DNA of 64,000 nt from Nitrospirota bacterium (GTDB lineage Bacteria > Nitrospirota > Thermodesulfovibrionia > Thermodesulfovibrionales > Dissulfurispiraceae), in contig JBFLWF010000004.1 of the NCBI GenBank assembly GCA_040758355.1, positions 32,001 to 96,000 on the forward strand, written 5' to 3'. This document shows positions 55,566 to 64,000 of the stretch, piece after piece; position 1 is the first letter of the stretch; every line of letters starts with the position of its first letter. The position numbers and the translations under genes are program-made. The notes below the pieces were generated by a model. It saw only the letters and a list, made by a program, of their open reading frames with translations. It made no database searches and was not told the origin of the DNA.

Positions 55566-57380
55566 ATGCTCGAAAAAGAATCGCCCATAAAAGGAATCAT
55601 AAAATCACTCGGTCTCGTCTTTGGAGACATCGGGACAAGCCCTATTTATACGCTCACTGTTATCTTCCTCCTTACAAAGCCTACCCAACAAAATGTGATG
55701 GGTGTTCTTTCTCTTATCGTCTGGACACTAATTATACTCGTAACAGTCGAATACGCATGGCTTGCCATGAGCCTCGGAAAGAAAGGCGAGGGCGGCACTA
55801 TCGTGCTAAAGGAATTGCTCGTACCTCTGCTTAAGTCAGGCCGGAAGGCGTCATTCGTTGCGCTTCTCTCTTTCATAGGAATATCTCTTCTTGTCGGTGA
55901 TGGAGTTATTACACCAGCTATAAGCATACTCAGTGCAGTTGAGGGTTCGCTTCTCATTCCGGGATTTGAGAAGACGCCTCAGACGGTGCTCATACTTATA
56001 GCTGCCATTATCGCAATCACGCTATTTTCCTTTCAAAGAAAAGGAACGGGTAAGGTGGCAGGGGCCTTCGGTCCTATAATGGTTATCTGGTTTCTGTCCC
56101 TTTCGGTATCCGGTATCATATCTATTCTGCAGGTGCCGTCTGTTGTAAAGGCGGTGAATCCTTACTATGCCTTTAAGTTTTTTGCTGACAACGGGGTTTC
56201 TGGTTATCTTGTCCTTTCGGAGGTTATTCTCTGTGCGACTGGAGGGGAGGCCATGTATGCTGACATGGGACATCTGGGAAGAAAGCCTATACTTAAAGCA
56301 TGGAGCTTTGTTTTTATCGCCCTGTTGACGAACTATTTTGGACAGGGGGCATATATACTGCAGCATCCAGAGGCAAAGAATATACTTTTCAGTATGGTGT
56401 TTCATCAGGCGCCGCTTCTTTATGTTCCTTTTCTTTTATTGAGCATTGTTGCGACTATCATTGCATCTCAGGCAATGATCAGCGGCATGTTTTCCATAGT
56501 ATATCAGGGAATAAGTACCCGCATTATGCCCATGTTTAAAGTTGACTACACTTCTGAAGAAATGAGGGCACAGATATACATAGGCTCTGTAAACTGGTTT
56601 CTCCTTTTAGCAGTGCTGTTTATCATGTTTGAGTTTGGGGAGTCCAGCAAGCTTGCGGCTGCTTATGGCTTTGCGGTGAACGGAGATATGATCCTTACCG
56701 CTTTTTTGATGACATTGATTTTTTTCCTTAGAGGAAAGAGGTTAAATGCCATAATTTCCATGTTTATAATTGTTGTAGTTCTTTTGTTCTTTGGGGCAAA
56801 TATTTCAAAGATACCCCACGGCGGCTACTGGTCTATAATACTCGCCTCTATCCCTTTTTTAACAATAATGCTTTATACCAGAGGGCAGAGACGGCTTTAT
56901 AAGATGATGAAGTTCATGCCTTTAGAGGAGTTTCTTAATAAGTTTACAAAGGCATATCCCACAATAGCAAAGATAAAAGGCACTGCACTTTTTCTTATAA
57001 GGGATATTAAGGAGATACCCTTTTATATCACACAGACAATGTTCTATCACGGCATTATATACGAGGACAACATATTTGTATCCATAATCAAGCGAGACGA
57101 TCCCTTTGGTGTTACCGGATACTTCAAAGAGGACATTACAAAGGGTCTCAGGCTGTTTGAGATTCAGTACGGATACATGGAAGTAGTGGATGTTGAGGAG
57201 CTATTGAGGGAAGCAGGGATAGATGAAAAGACGATATTCTACGGCATAGAGGACATAACTACAAGAAGTGCTGTATGGAAGATGTTTTCCATAATAAAGA
57301 AAGTAACGCCTGCGTTCGTCCAGTTCTATAAACTCCCATCCCGAAAGCTGCACGGGGTTATTACGAGGGTCGAGATGTAG
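55566..57380 (+). CDS. kup: KUP/HAK/KT potassium transporter
   Basis: GDIGTSPIY, GEGG, GDGVITPAIS, TGGEAMYADMGH. Confidence 0.95.
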   Translation: MLEKESPIKGIIKSLGLVFGDIGTSPIYTLTVIFLLTKPTQQNVMGVLSLIVWTLIILVTVEYAWLAMSLGKKGEGGTIVLKELLVPLLKSGRKASFVALLSFIGISLLVGDGVITPAISILSAVEGSLLIPGFEKTPQTVLILIAAIIAITLFSFQRKGTGKVAGAFGPIMVIWFLSLSVSGIISILQVPSVVKAVNPYYAFKFFADNGVSGYLVLSEVILCATGGEAMYADMGHLGRKPILKAWSFVFIALLTNYFGQGAYILQHPEAKNILFSMVFHQAPLLYVPFLLLSIVATIIASQAMISGMFSIVYQGISTRIMPMFKVDYTSEEMRAQIYIGSVNWFLLLAVLFIMFEFGESSKLAAAYGFAVNGDMILTAFLMTLIFFLRGKRLNAIISMFIIVVVLLFFGANISKIPHGGYWSIILASIPFLTIMLYTRGQRRLYKMMKFMPLEEFLNKFTKAYPTIAKIKGTALFLIRDIKEIPFYITQTMFYHGIIYEDNIFVSIIKRDDPFGVTGYFKEDITKGLRLFEIQYGYMEVVDVEELLREAGIDEKTIFYGIEDITTRSAVWKMFSIIKKVTPAFVQFYKLPSRKLHGVITRVEM

Positions 57381-57549
57381 TTAGAAAATTGGAGAAATTA
57401 GTCAATAAGTAATTGAGTCATTGAGTCATTGGAAATTTTTAATAACTTAATAACTTATTTACTCAATTTCTAATTTCTGCAACTGGGGTTTACTTTTTTT
57501 ATTGTCTTATGCTACAAAATTAGCGATTGTTAAGAAATTGTAAACCGAT

Positions 57550-57852
57550 ATGACACTTGGCATACTTGTTACTACCGACAAATACAGGGATGATGTTGTG
57601 GGCATCACAGAGGCAGCAGTTGGCAGGGGACATCGGGTTGTTCTCTTTTTCATGGATGAAGGCTGCCGGTTGATAACAGACAGCAGAATTGTTTCCCTCA
57701 AAGACAGAGACGGCGTTTCCATGAGTCTCTGTGACTTTAACCGGAAGAAGATGGGGATTTCTGATGAAGAAGTTCCAGAGGGGATTATCTGCGGAAGCCA
57801 GTATGACAATGCGGTTATGAACAGGGAATCGGATAAAGTGATAGTTCTTTAG
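57550..57852 (+). CDS. DsrE/TusD-like sulfur-relay protein
   Basis: LFFMDEGC, SLC, GSQY, DKVIVL. Confidence 0.75.
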   Translation: MTLGILVTTDKYRDDVVGITEAAVGRGHRVVLFFMDEGCRLITDSRIVSLKDRDGVSMSLCDFNRKKMGISDEEVPEGIICGSQYDNAVMNRESDKVIVL

Positions 57853-57910
57853 CTGATAGCTGATAGCTGATAGCTCATAGCTGAAAATAAATAACTATGA
57901 GCTATGAGCC

Positions 57911-58189
57911 ATGAGCCATGAGCAAAAGAAAATAGCGGTAATTGTGAGGGAAAGACAGTCCGAGGCTTTGCGCATGGGCATAGGACTTTCAGTGCTAAAT
58001 GATGTGGATATATACATATTTGACAGAAAACTTGAAGCATCCGATGATATTTCATTAAACCTCGAAATGATCAAAGAAATGAGATTGTGCCTCTATACAA
58101 ATACTGCTTTAAATGAAGGTATAGAGTATATTCCAACAGAAGATATTGCGAAAAGACTTCTAAAATATGATAATATTTTGCCGTATTAA
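57911..58189 (+). CDS. DsrF/TusC-like protein
   Basis: KKIAVIV...EALRMGIGL...YDNILPY. Confidence 0.6.
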   Translation: MSHEQKKIAVIVRERQSEALRMGIGLSVLNDVDIYIFDRKLEASDDISLNLEMIKEMRLCLYTNTALNEGIEYIPTEDIAKRLLKYDNILPY

Positions 58190-58191
58190 TA

Positions 58192-58359
58192 ATGAAAATA
58201 CTTCATATATTAAAGACAGAACCCGAAGACAGCGTTAAGAAGATAATCGAAGAACATAGAAAAGGCAATGATGTGGAAGTCCTTAGCATGAATGAAAATA
58301 AAAATTACGACCTGATTGTAGAGTTTATAGAGAAGGCAGACAAGGTCATGGTCTGGTAA
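58192..58359 (+). CDS. DsrH/TusB-like 55-aa protein (not in ORF track)
   Basis: MKILHILK...NYDLIVEFIEKADKVMVW; starts 2 nt after the previous stop. Confidence 0.65.
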   Translation: MKILHILKTEPEDSVKKIIEEHRKGNDVEVLSMNENKNYDLIVEFIEKADKVMVW

Positions 58360-58401
58360 AACAAGCCTTTGGCTTGTCAATAAACAATACAGGAGGTTTA
58401 A

Positions 58402-59499
58402 ATGGAGGGGATACCACAGGCAAGCATTATGGTCTTGCTCAGCGGTGTGCTGGTAGGCGTTTTGCTCGGTTTTGTGCTTCAACGCGGCAGGTATTGAATG
58501 AACTCAGCGTTCAGAGACGTGATCTTTGTAAACGATATAACATTGCTGAGGGCATGGCTTCTGGCATTGGTAATTTCTATTATCGGTGCTAACTTTATTG
58601 AGGACATTGGACTTATGGGTGCTGACGGCTTAAGGCGTCAGGCATTTGCCCCTGTTGCAGCCATTGTTGGCGGCTATATCTTCGGTCTCGGAATAGTGAG
58701 GGCAGGCGGATGCGGCAGCGGCGTTCTGTACAAACAGGGTGAAGGGCAATTTGCTGCATTTGTTGCTGCACTCGGTTTTGGTGCAGGGCTTATAGCGACA
58801 ATGCATGGCCCGCTTAAGCCTGTAATGAAGTTTTTGAAAAGCTATAAGATGTCTGTAGGTACGGATGCGGATGGCGAACCAATAATGAGCCCTGCATTAT
58901 GGGATATATTTGGAGGCGGAAATATCAAGTGGATAGTTATTGCTGTGATTGCAGCGATAATAATTCCCATTGTGCTTAAGGGCAGGCCGTTTGCAAAAGG
59001 ACCCAAGAAGGGATGGTCATGGTCATTGGGTGGGTTTATACTCGGATTTGTCGTCATCTTTGCCTGGTGGACATCTTACTATTGGGGTGGGCAGGCAAGG
59101 GGACTTTCATTCTCCGGCCCGACATCTGATTTCTTTTTATTTACTCTTATTGGAAACAGTCAGGCGCCCTTTGACCCGATGTTCAATATCTTCGGCATAG
59201 GCATAGCTACATGGAGCGCACTGTATGTTATAGGTGTTCCGATAGGTGCATACATTAGCTCAAGAGGTCTCGGTGAATTTAAATTAACTGCTCCAAAGGA
59301 CCCGAGCGAACTGGTGAGGGTATTTACTGGAGGTATTATCATGGGATTCGGCGGCGCAGTTGCGGGTGGCTGAACTGTGGGTCATTCCTTGACAGGTATG
59401 TCAAGTCTGGCTTTACAGAGCATAGTCGCTACGGTGTTTATAATCCTCGGCAACTGGACAATGACTTACTTCATGTTCATAAAGCCGATGAAGGATTAG
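58402..59499 (+). CDS. yeeE: YeeE/YedE (TsuA-like) transporter with two selenocysteines (UGA at 58495 and 59371), 365 aa
   Basis: AGGAGG RBS; LQRGRY-U, AGGCGSG and AGG-U-TVGH occupy the three conserved Cys motifs; hydrophobic frame is open on both sides of each UGA. Confidence 0.88.
58508..58534 (+). promoter_or_regulatory. Putative SECIS for UGA 58495
   Basis: CAGAGA-CGTGA-TCTTTG on a CGTT/AACG lower stem; loop 20 nt after the UGA. Confidence 0.6.
59388..59405 (+). promoter_or_regulatory. Putative SECIS for UGA 59371
   Basis: CTTGACA-GGTA-TGTCAAG perfect stem; GGU loop 21 nt after the UGA. Confidence 0.72.
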
Positions 59500-59609
59500 C
59501 GGGCAAGAGGGAAGCGGAAATTCCCCTTTGGGAATCGGTTTCCTGTTTTAGGAAAGAGATTTGTTGTTGAAAACTTTAAGTTTGTTGTAAAATTAAGCAA
59601 ATGCATGCA

Positions 59610-59625
59610 TGGCATGTTAATTGCT
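59610..59625 (+). promoter_or_regulatory. Sigma54 -24/-12 promoter
   Basis: TGGCATGTTAATTGCT. Confidence 0.7.
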
Positions 59626-59655
59626 AAAATAAATAACGAAAGGAGGTGAAGTTGG

Positions 59656-59880
59656 ATGAAGAAGGTTTTAGCCCTGATCGTAGCACTGCTCTTCGTATTC
59701 GCTGTCTCAACAGTAGCTTTCGCTGCAGAGAAGGCAGACGCCCCTAAGGCTGAGAAGGCAGACAAGAAGGCAGACAAGAAGGCAGACAAGAAGGATAAGA
59801 AGGACGAGAAGAAAGACGAGAAGAAGGAAGATAAGAAGGACGCAGCACCAAAGAAGAAGAAAGCAATCGAGGGCTGCTAA
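59656..59880 (+). CDS. Small exported Lys/Asp/Glu-rich peptide ending in EGC
   Basis: AGGAGGTG RBS, AFA signal peptide, ADKK repeats, own promoter and terminator. Confidence 0.8.
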   Translation: MKKVLALIVALLFVFAVSTVAFAAEKADAPKAEKADKKADKKADKKDKKDEKKDEKKEDKKDAAPKKKKAIEGC

Positions 59881-59895
59881 TTCAGTTAACAATAA

Positions 59896-59930
59896 AGGGT
59901 GGAAGCTGAATGCTTCCACCCTATTTTTTT
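59896..59930 (+). terminator. Rho-independent terminator
   Basis: AGGGTGGAAGC-TGAAT-GCTTCCACCCT plus T7. Confidence 0.85.
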
Positions 59931-59944
59931 GACCAAAAAGAAGA

Positions 59945-60691
59945 ATGAGGAACTGGAAAGACAATATTTATTTCATTCTTGTTGAACCGAAAGAATCGGG
60001 CAATATCGGCGCATCTGCAAGGGCGATAAAGAATATGGGGTTTAAAAACCTCTGTCTTGTAAATCCTCCGTCTGTTATTACCGACGAGGCAAGGTGGCTT
60101 GCGTGCAATGCCCTCGATGTCCTGAATTCTGCAGAGATCTTTAACAGCCTTACAGATGCTGTAAAAGACAAGCCTATTATCGCAGGGACAAGCCGCAGAA
60201 AAGGCCGCCGAAGGGGTGTTTTCCTGAATGTTGAGGAAGGAGCTGGACGGCTTCATGACATTGCCCTGAAGAATAAAGTGGCTATCTTATTTGGCAGAGA
60301 GGATAGAGGGTTATATAACGAAGAAGTTGAAGAATGCGGATTTCTTATCACAATACCAACCAGCAAGGAGCAGCCTTCATTGAATTTAGCCCAGGCAGTA
60401 TTGATTGTCGCATATGAGCTTTCAAAATCAGAATACAGCGTTCAGCAGTCAGCAGTCAGCAGTCAGAAATCAAAGGCTGAAAGACTCTCAAGTCATAATG
60501 AACTAACTGCCTTATATTCAAGGATATCGAAAATATTAAAGCTTCTTGAGTATATTCCTAAAGGCGACAGAAACCTTGAAAAGAAGATCATGCAGAACCT
60601 GAAGCACTTCATAGGAAGGGCGGGGCTCACTGATTGGGAATTAAAAATGCTGCACGGAATATGCTCGCAGATAGAAAAGAAGATAAAATAA
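59945..60691 (+). CDS. trmJ: TrmJ/LasT SPOUT RNA methyltransferase
   Basis: GNIGASARAIKNMG, FGREDRGL, SLNLAQAV. Confidence 0.9.
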   Translation: MRNWKDNIYFILVEPKESGNIGASARAIKNMGFKNLCLVNPPSVITDEARWLACNALDVLNSAEIFNSLTDAVKDKPIIAGTSRRKGRRRGVFLNVEEGAGRLHDIALKNKVAILFGREDRGLYNEEVEECGFLITIPTSKEQPSLNLAQAVLIVAYELSKSEYSVQQSAVSSQKSKAERLSSHNELTALYSRISKILKLLEYIPKGDRNLEKKIMQNLKHFIGRAGLTDWELKMLHGICSQIEKKIK

Positions 60692-60889
60692 AGGTTGCCC
60701 AAGTCAGCAAAGCAGGCACGGCTACTAAAGCCTTTATCAATGCGATGAGATTATTTTGCTGCCTGTTTATACTGCTGAATGCAAAGGGTGATGCTGAATT
60801 TGCCCTTAAACAGTGGGAGGGCTCGGCTCTGAGGTATCGCTGATAAAGGCTTCTCACCCATGCCTGCTTTTTTTTCTGCAGGTGTTTCC

Positions 60890-61114
60890 TTATTTCTGCA
60901 GTCTCGGTTTTGCCCCTAATTTATACAGGATGTTTGCCATGAGGCAAAAGCCTGTTAGGGCGAATATAATTAAGTTTACTCCAACAAGCCCTGTTAAAAT
61001 CAACCAGTACGGGCTGTGGATAGCTGCCAATATAGCGCTGGATAGGGCAAATATGCCTCCTATGAGCCACGTCAGCCTCTCCAGATACCAGCTATCGGTT
61101 TTTGCGATATACAT
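60890..61114 (-). CDS. DUF2892 (YgaP-like) membrane protein
   Basis: AGGAGG RBS; LER...two TMs...TGFCLM. Confidence 0.85.
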   Translation of the reverse strand: MYIAKTDSWYLERLTWLIGGIFALSSAILAAIHSPYWLILTGLVGVNLIIFALTGFCLMANILYKLGAKPRLQK

Positions 61115-61133
61115 CTTATGCCTCCTGTTTTTG

Positions 61134-64000
61134 TTATTTAGGGATGAAGGACATTGATTTGCTTTTATATACATAATAAAGCACAGGAACCATTGTCCTT
61201 GAAAGCAGTGTTGCTGCTACTTCTCCTGCCATCAGCGAAATCGCCATTCCCTGGAATATCGGGTCAAATAGTATCACCGATGAGCCCACGACAACTGCAG
61301 CAGCAGTAAGTAGCATTGGCCTGAACCTTATTATTCCTGCCTGCACAACCGCCTCTTTGAGCGGCACTCCTTCCGAGAGCTTCAGCTCTATGAAGTCAAC
61401 GAGTATGATCGAATTCCTTACAACTATTCCTGCTCCTGCTATGAACCCTATCATCGATGTAGCGGTGAAGAATGCCCCCATGATGGCATGTCCCGGAAGT
61501 ATTCCGACAAGCGAAAGAGGAATAGGGGCCATTATCACAAGGGGGATCATGAATGACTTAAACCATCCAACAACCATTACATATATCAAGATCATAACCG
61601 CTGCGAATGCTATCCCTAAATCCCTGAATACCTCATATGTGATGTGCCATTCTCCGTCCCACTTCATGGAATATTTATCCTCAAGCCATGGTTGTATTGC
61701 AGAATATTGTTTTAATCCATATCCTTCGGGAAGCTTTAGTTTTTTGATGGCATCCTTCATCTTCAATATGGCATACACAGGGCTTTCTTCAGTCCCTGCA
61801 ACTTCGCCTGTGACATAGACGACCCTCTTCAGGTTTTTTCTGTAGATTGTCTTATCCTCGATGCCTTCTCTGACTTTTACAAGCTCGGCAACGGGAACCT
61901 GAATTCCTGATTGTGACAGGACCGTTATTTCCCTTAAATCATTTATGCTCGCCCTCTGGGAAATTGGAGTCCTCAGATGCAGTTCCACCGGCTCTTTATC
62001 CTTCTCGATGTGCGCAAGGCCTGCAGAAGCGCCGTTTAAGACCATATGGAGCGTCTGTGCCACTTTTTCCGTGTCTATTCCATGATATGCAGCCTTTTCT
62101 TTATCGACCTCGAATATGAGCTTCTTCTGGTCATCCTCCACATACCAGTCAACATCAACCACTCCTTTTGTGTCTTCGAAGACGTTTTTAATCTGTTTTG
62201 CAATATCAATCTGCCTGTTGAAATCAGGGCCATAAATTTCTGCAACGAGGGTGCTGAGGACAGGCGGGCCAGGAGGTATTTCTACAACCTTAATTTTTGC
62301 ATTGTATTTATCACCTATTTTTTTAATCTCTGGCCTCAGCCTTTTTGCAATTTCATGGCTCTGCGCCTTCCTTTCATCTTTAGGAACAAAGTTCACCTGA
62401 ATGTCTGCAACATTGCTCCCTGACCGCATAAAATAGTGCCTCACAAGGCCGTTGAAATTAAAAGGCGCTGCTGTGCCTGCATATACCTGATAGTTTGTGA
62501 CCTCAGGCACTGTCTTTAGATATTCTCCTATCTCCCTCGATAATGCAGCACTCTTTTCGAGGGTTGTGCCTTCCGGCATATCGATGATCACCTGAAGCTC
62601 GCTCTTGTTGTCGAATGGAAGCATCTTTACAGTGACGAGTTTAAGGGGAACAAGCATGAATGCAGCTCCCAGTAAAAGCATGACAATGCCTAAAAATAGC
62701 GTTCTCTTTTTTCCGTTTTCAAGAAGTCCTCTGAGATTTCTTTCATAAGCTCTGTTAAGAGCAGCAATTATCTTGTTTTCTTTTTCTTTGCTGACTGCTG
62801 ACTGCTGACTGCTGACTGCTGACTTGCGGAGCACTATATAGCTCAGCCACGGACTGATGATGAATGCAATGAGCAATGAAAGGAGCATTGCTGCCGATGC
62901 GCCAACCGGGATGGGGCGCATGTAAGGCCCCATCAGCCCTGAGACGAATGCCATTGGAAGGAGAGCTGCAATAACCGTAAATGTGGCGAGTATCGTGGGA
63001 TTGCCCACCTCATCCACGGCAGATACCGCTGTTTCGGTATCGACCTTTCCCATCTTGAAATGGCGGTGTATGTTTTCCACAACAACAATGGCATCGTCGA
63101 CAAGGATACCGATAGAAAATATGAGTGCAAAGAGAGTGACCCTGTTTAAGGTATATCCGTACATGTAGTTCACGAGTATTGTAAGTGCAAGTGTTACAGG
63201 CACTGCCACGCCTACAACTATTGATTCCCTCCAGCCCAGTGCAAGGGCTATGAGGATTGTTACGGAGATGGCGGCAATGAACATATGCTCGAGGAGTTCA
63301 TCCGACTTTTCCTTTGCAGTGTCTCCATAGTTTCTCGTGGGTGTTATCTCGATGCCGGATGGTATGACATTGCCCTTGATTGCCTCTATCTTTTTTAATG
63401 CCCTTTCTGCAATGTGTGTGGCGTTTGTGCCTTTCTTTTTTGCTATGGCGATGGTTACTGCTTCATATGTGCCTGTCCCCGGGGGGTTCGCGGGGGAGAT
63501 TCCATCTCCCCCGCGTTTAGCAGGGCCAAATCCCATGAATACATAGTTCGCAGGCTCTTCAGGGCCGTCGGTTATTTTTGCCACTTCCCTCAGATATACA
63601 GGCTTTCCATTGAATACACTCACAACCACATTCCCAACTTCCTGTGCGTCCTTGAGAAATCCGCCTGTCTCAACGAGTAATTCTTTATTTGATGAAGGGA
63701 ATGCACCTGATGGCAGGACAAAGTTTGCCTTCTGGAGAATATCTGTTATCTGTAAAGGAGAGACATTGTATGCCCTCAGCCGTGAAGGCTCTAAATTTAT
63801 CCTTACCTGTCTTTTCTGCCCTCCGATTATGTTGAATTCGGCTATATCACTGTCTTTTTTTAATTCATCAGCGACCTCAACCGCGACCCTTCTTAATTCA
63901 TAGCCTGTATACCTGTCGCTCCAGAGGGTGAATGAGAGAATCGGGACATCATCTATGGATTTCGGTTTTACAAGGGGCTGCGACACTCCATGCGGAATCT
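61134..64000 (-). CDS. RND efflux permease, AcrB/CusA family (5' end outside window)
   Basis: [36 protein letters not shown]. Confidence 0.93.
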   Translation of the reverse strand, partial: IPHGVSQPLVKPKSIDDVPILSFTLWSDRYTGYELRRVAVEVADELKKDSDIAEFNIIGGQKRQVRINLEPSRLRAYNVSPLQITDILQKANFVLPSGAFPSSNKELLVETGGFLKDAQEVGNVVVSVFNGKPVYLREVAKITDGPEEPANYVFMGFGPAKRGGDGISPANPPGTGTYEAVTIAIAKKKGTNATHIAERALKKIEAIKGNVIPSGIEITPTRNYGDTAKEKSDELLEHMFIAAISVTILIALALGWRESIVVGVAVPVTLALTILVNYMYGYTLNRVTLFALIFSIGILVDDAIVVVENIHRHFKMGKVDTETAVSAVDEVGNPTILATFTVIAALLPMAFVSGLMGPYMRPIPVGASAAMLLSLLIAFIISPWLSYIVLRKSAVSSQQSAVSKEKENKIIAALNRAYERNLRGLLENGKKRTLFLGIVMLLLGAAFMLVPLKLVTVKMLPFDNKSELQVIIDMPEGTTLEKSAALSREIGEYLKTVPEVTNYQVYAGTAAPFNFNGLVRHYFMRSGSNVADIQVNFVPKDERKAQSHEIAKRLRPEIKKIGDKYNAKIKVVEIPPGPPVLSTLVAEIYGPDFNRQIDIAKQIKNVFEDTKGVVDVDWYVEDDQKKLIFEVDKEKAAYHGIDTEKVAQTLHMVLNGASAGLAHIEKDKEPVELHLRTPISQRASINDLREITVLSQSGIQVPVAELVKVREGIEDKTIYRKNLKRVVYVTGEVAGTEESPVYAILKMKDAIKKLKLPEGYGLKQYSAIQPWLEDKYSMKWDGEWHITYEVFRDLGIAFAAVMILIYVMVVGWFKSFMIPLVIMAPIPLSLVGILPGHAIMGAFFTATSMIGFIAGAGIVVRNSIILVDFIELKLSEGVPLKEAVVQAGIIRFRPMLLTAAAVVVGSSVILFDPIFQGMAISLMAGEVAATLLSRTMVPVLYYVYKSKSMSFIPK

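Noticed and set aside
58498..59373. yeeE as a truncated gene or pseudogene
   Set aside because: Two nonsense mutations both hitting conserved Cys codons, each with a SECIS-like stem and intact flanking frames, is unlikely.
12880..59499. Genome-wide UGA reassignment (genetic code 4 or 25) as the cause of the in-frame TGAs
   Set aside because: TGA is a true stop in many genes here (nosZ, and ATGA/GTGA overlaps at 13785, 19128, 19796, 32885, 35255, 49634). The three read-through cases all sit at Cys-equivalent positions with hairpins.
59740..59840. CRISPR-like repeats
   Set aside because: These are 12-nt coding repeats (ADKK) without unique spacers, and no cas genes are present.

Overview
Gene-dense bacterial window, almost all on the + strand. 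The gene content suggests an anaerobic Nitrospirota/Thermodesulfovibrionia- or deltaproteobacteria-like organism (inference only). (1) 1-20.8 kb: a large nitrous-oxide respiration locus. A Rieske/cytochrome b complex, a hexaheme and two diheme cytochromes c precede a Tat-exported, clade-I-type NosZ. These are followed by a split NosR whose membrane/Fe-S half is fused to NosD, then NosF, NosY, two NosL and many extra exported proteins, including a SCO-DUF1573 fusion with an in-frame UGA plus SECIS-like hairpin and an 18-Cys metallothionein-like protein. (2) 20.9-36 kb: a Cu(I) P1B-ATPase operon and a TonB-dependent uptake operon that contains a double-cubane-type reductase/ATPase pair. Each operon is preceded by a paralogous Cys/PP leader peptide and a near-identical ~120-nt RNA with mutually exclusive terminator/antiterminator folds, a candidate undescribed metal-sensing attenuator. 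(3) 36-55 kb: signalling genes, a candidate anti-SD sRNA, and two sigma54/NtrC-TauE-Usp modules. (4) 55-64 kb: tatA, kup, DsrEFH-like genes, a YeeE/YedE transporter with two in-frame UGA (Sec) codons each followed by a SECIS-like hairpin, a small exported peptide ending in EGC, trmJ and a partial RND permease. No rRNA, tRNA, CRISPR array or transposase was seen. All family calls come from motif recognition by eye; no database search was run.
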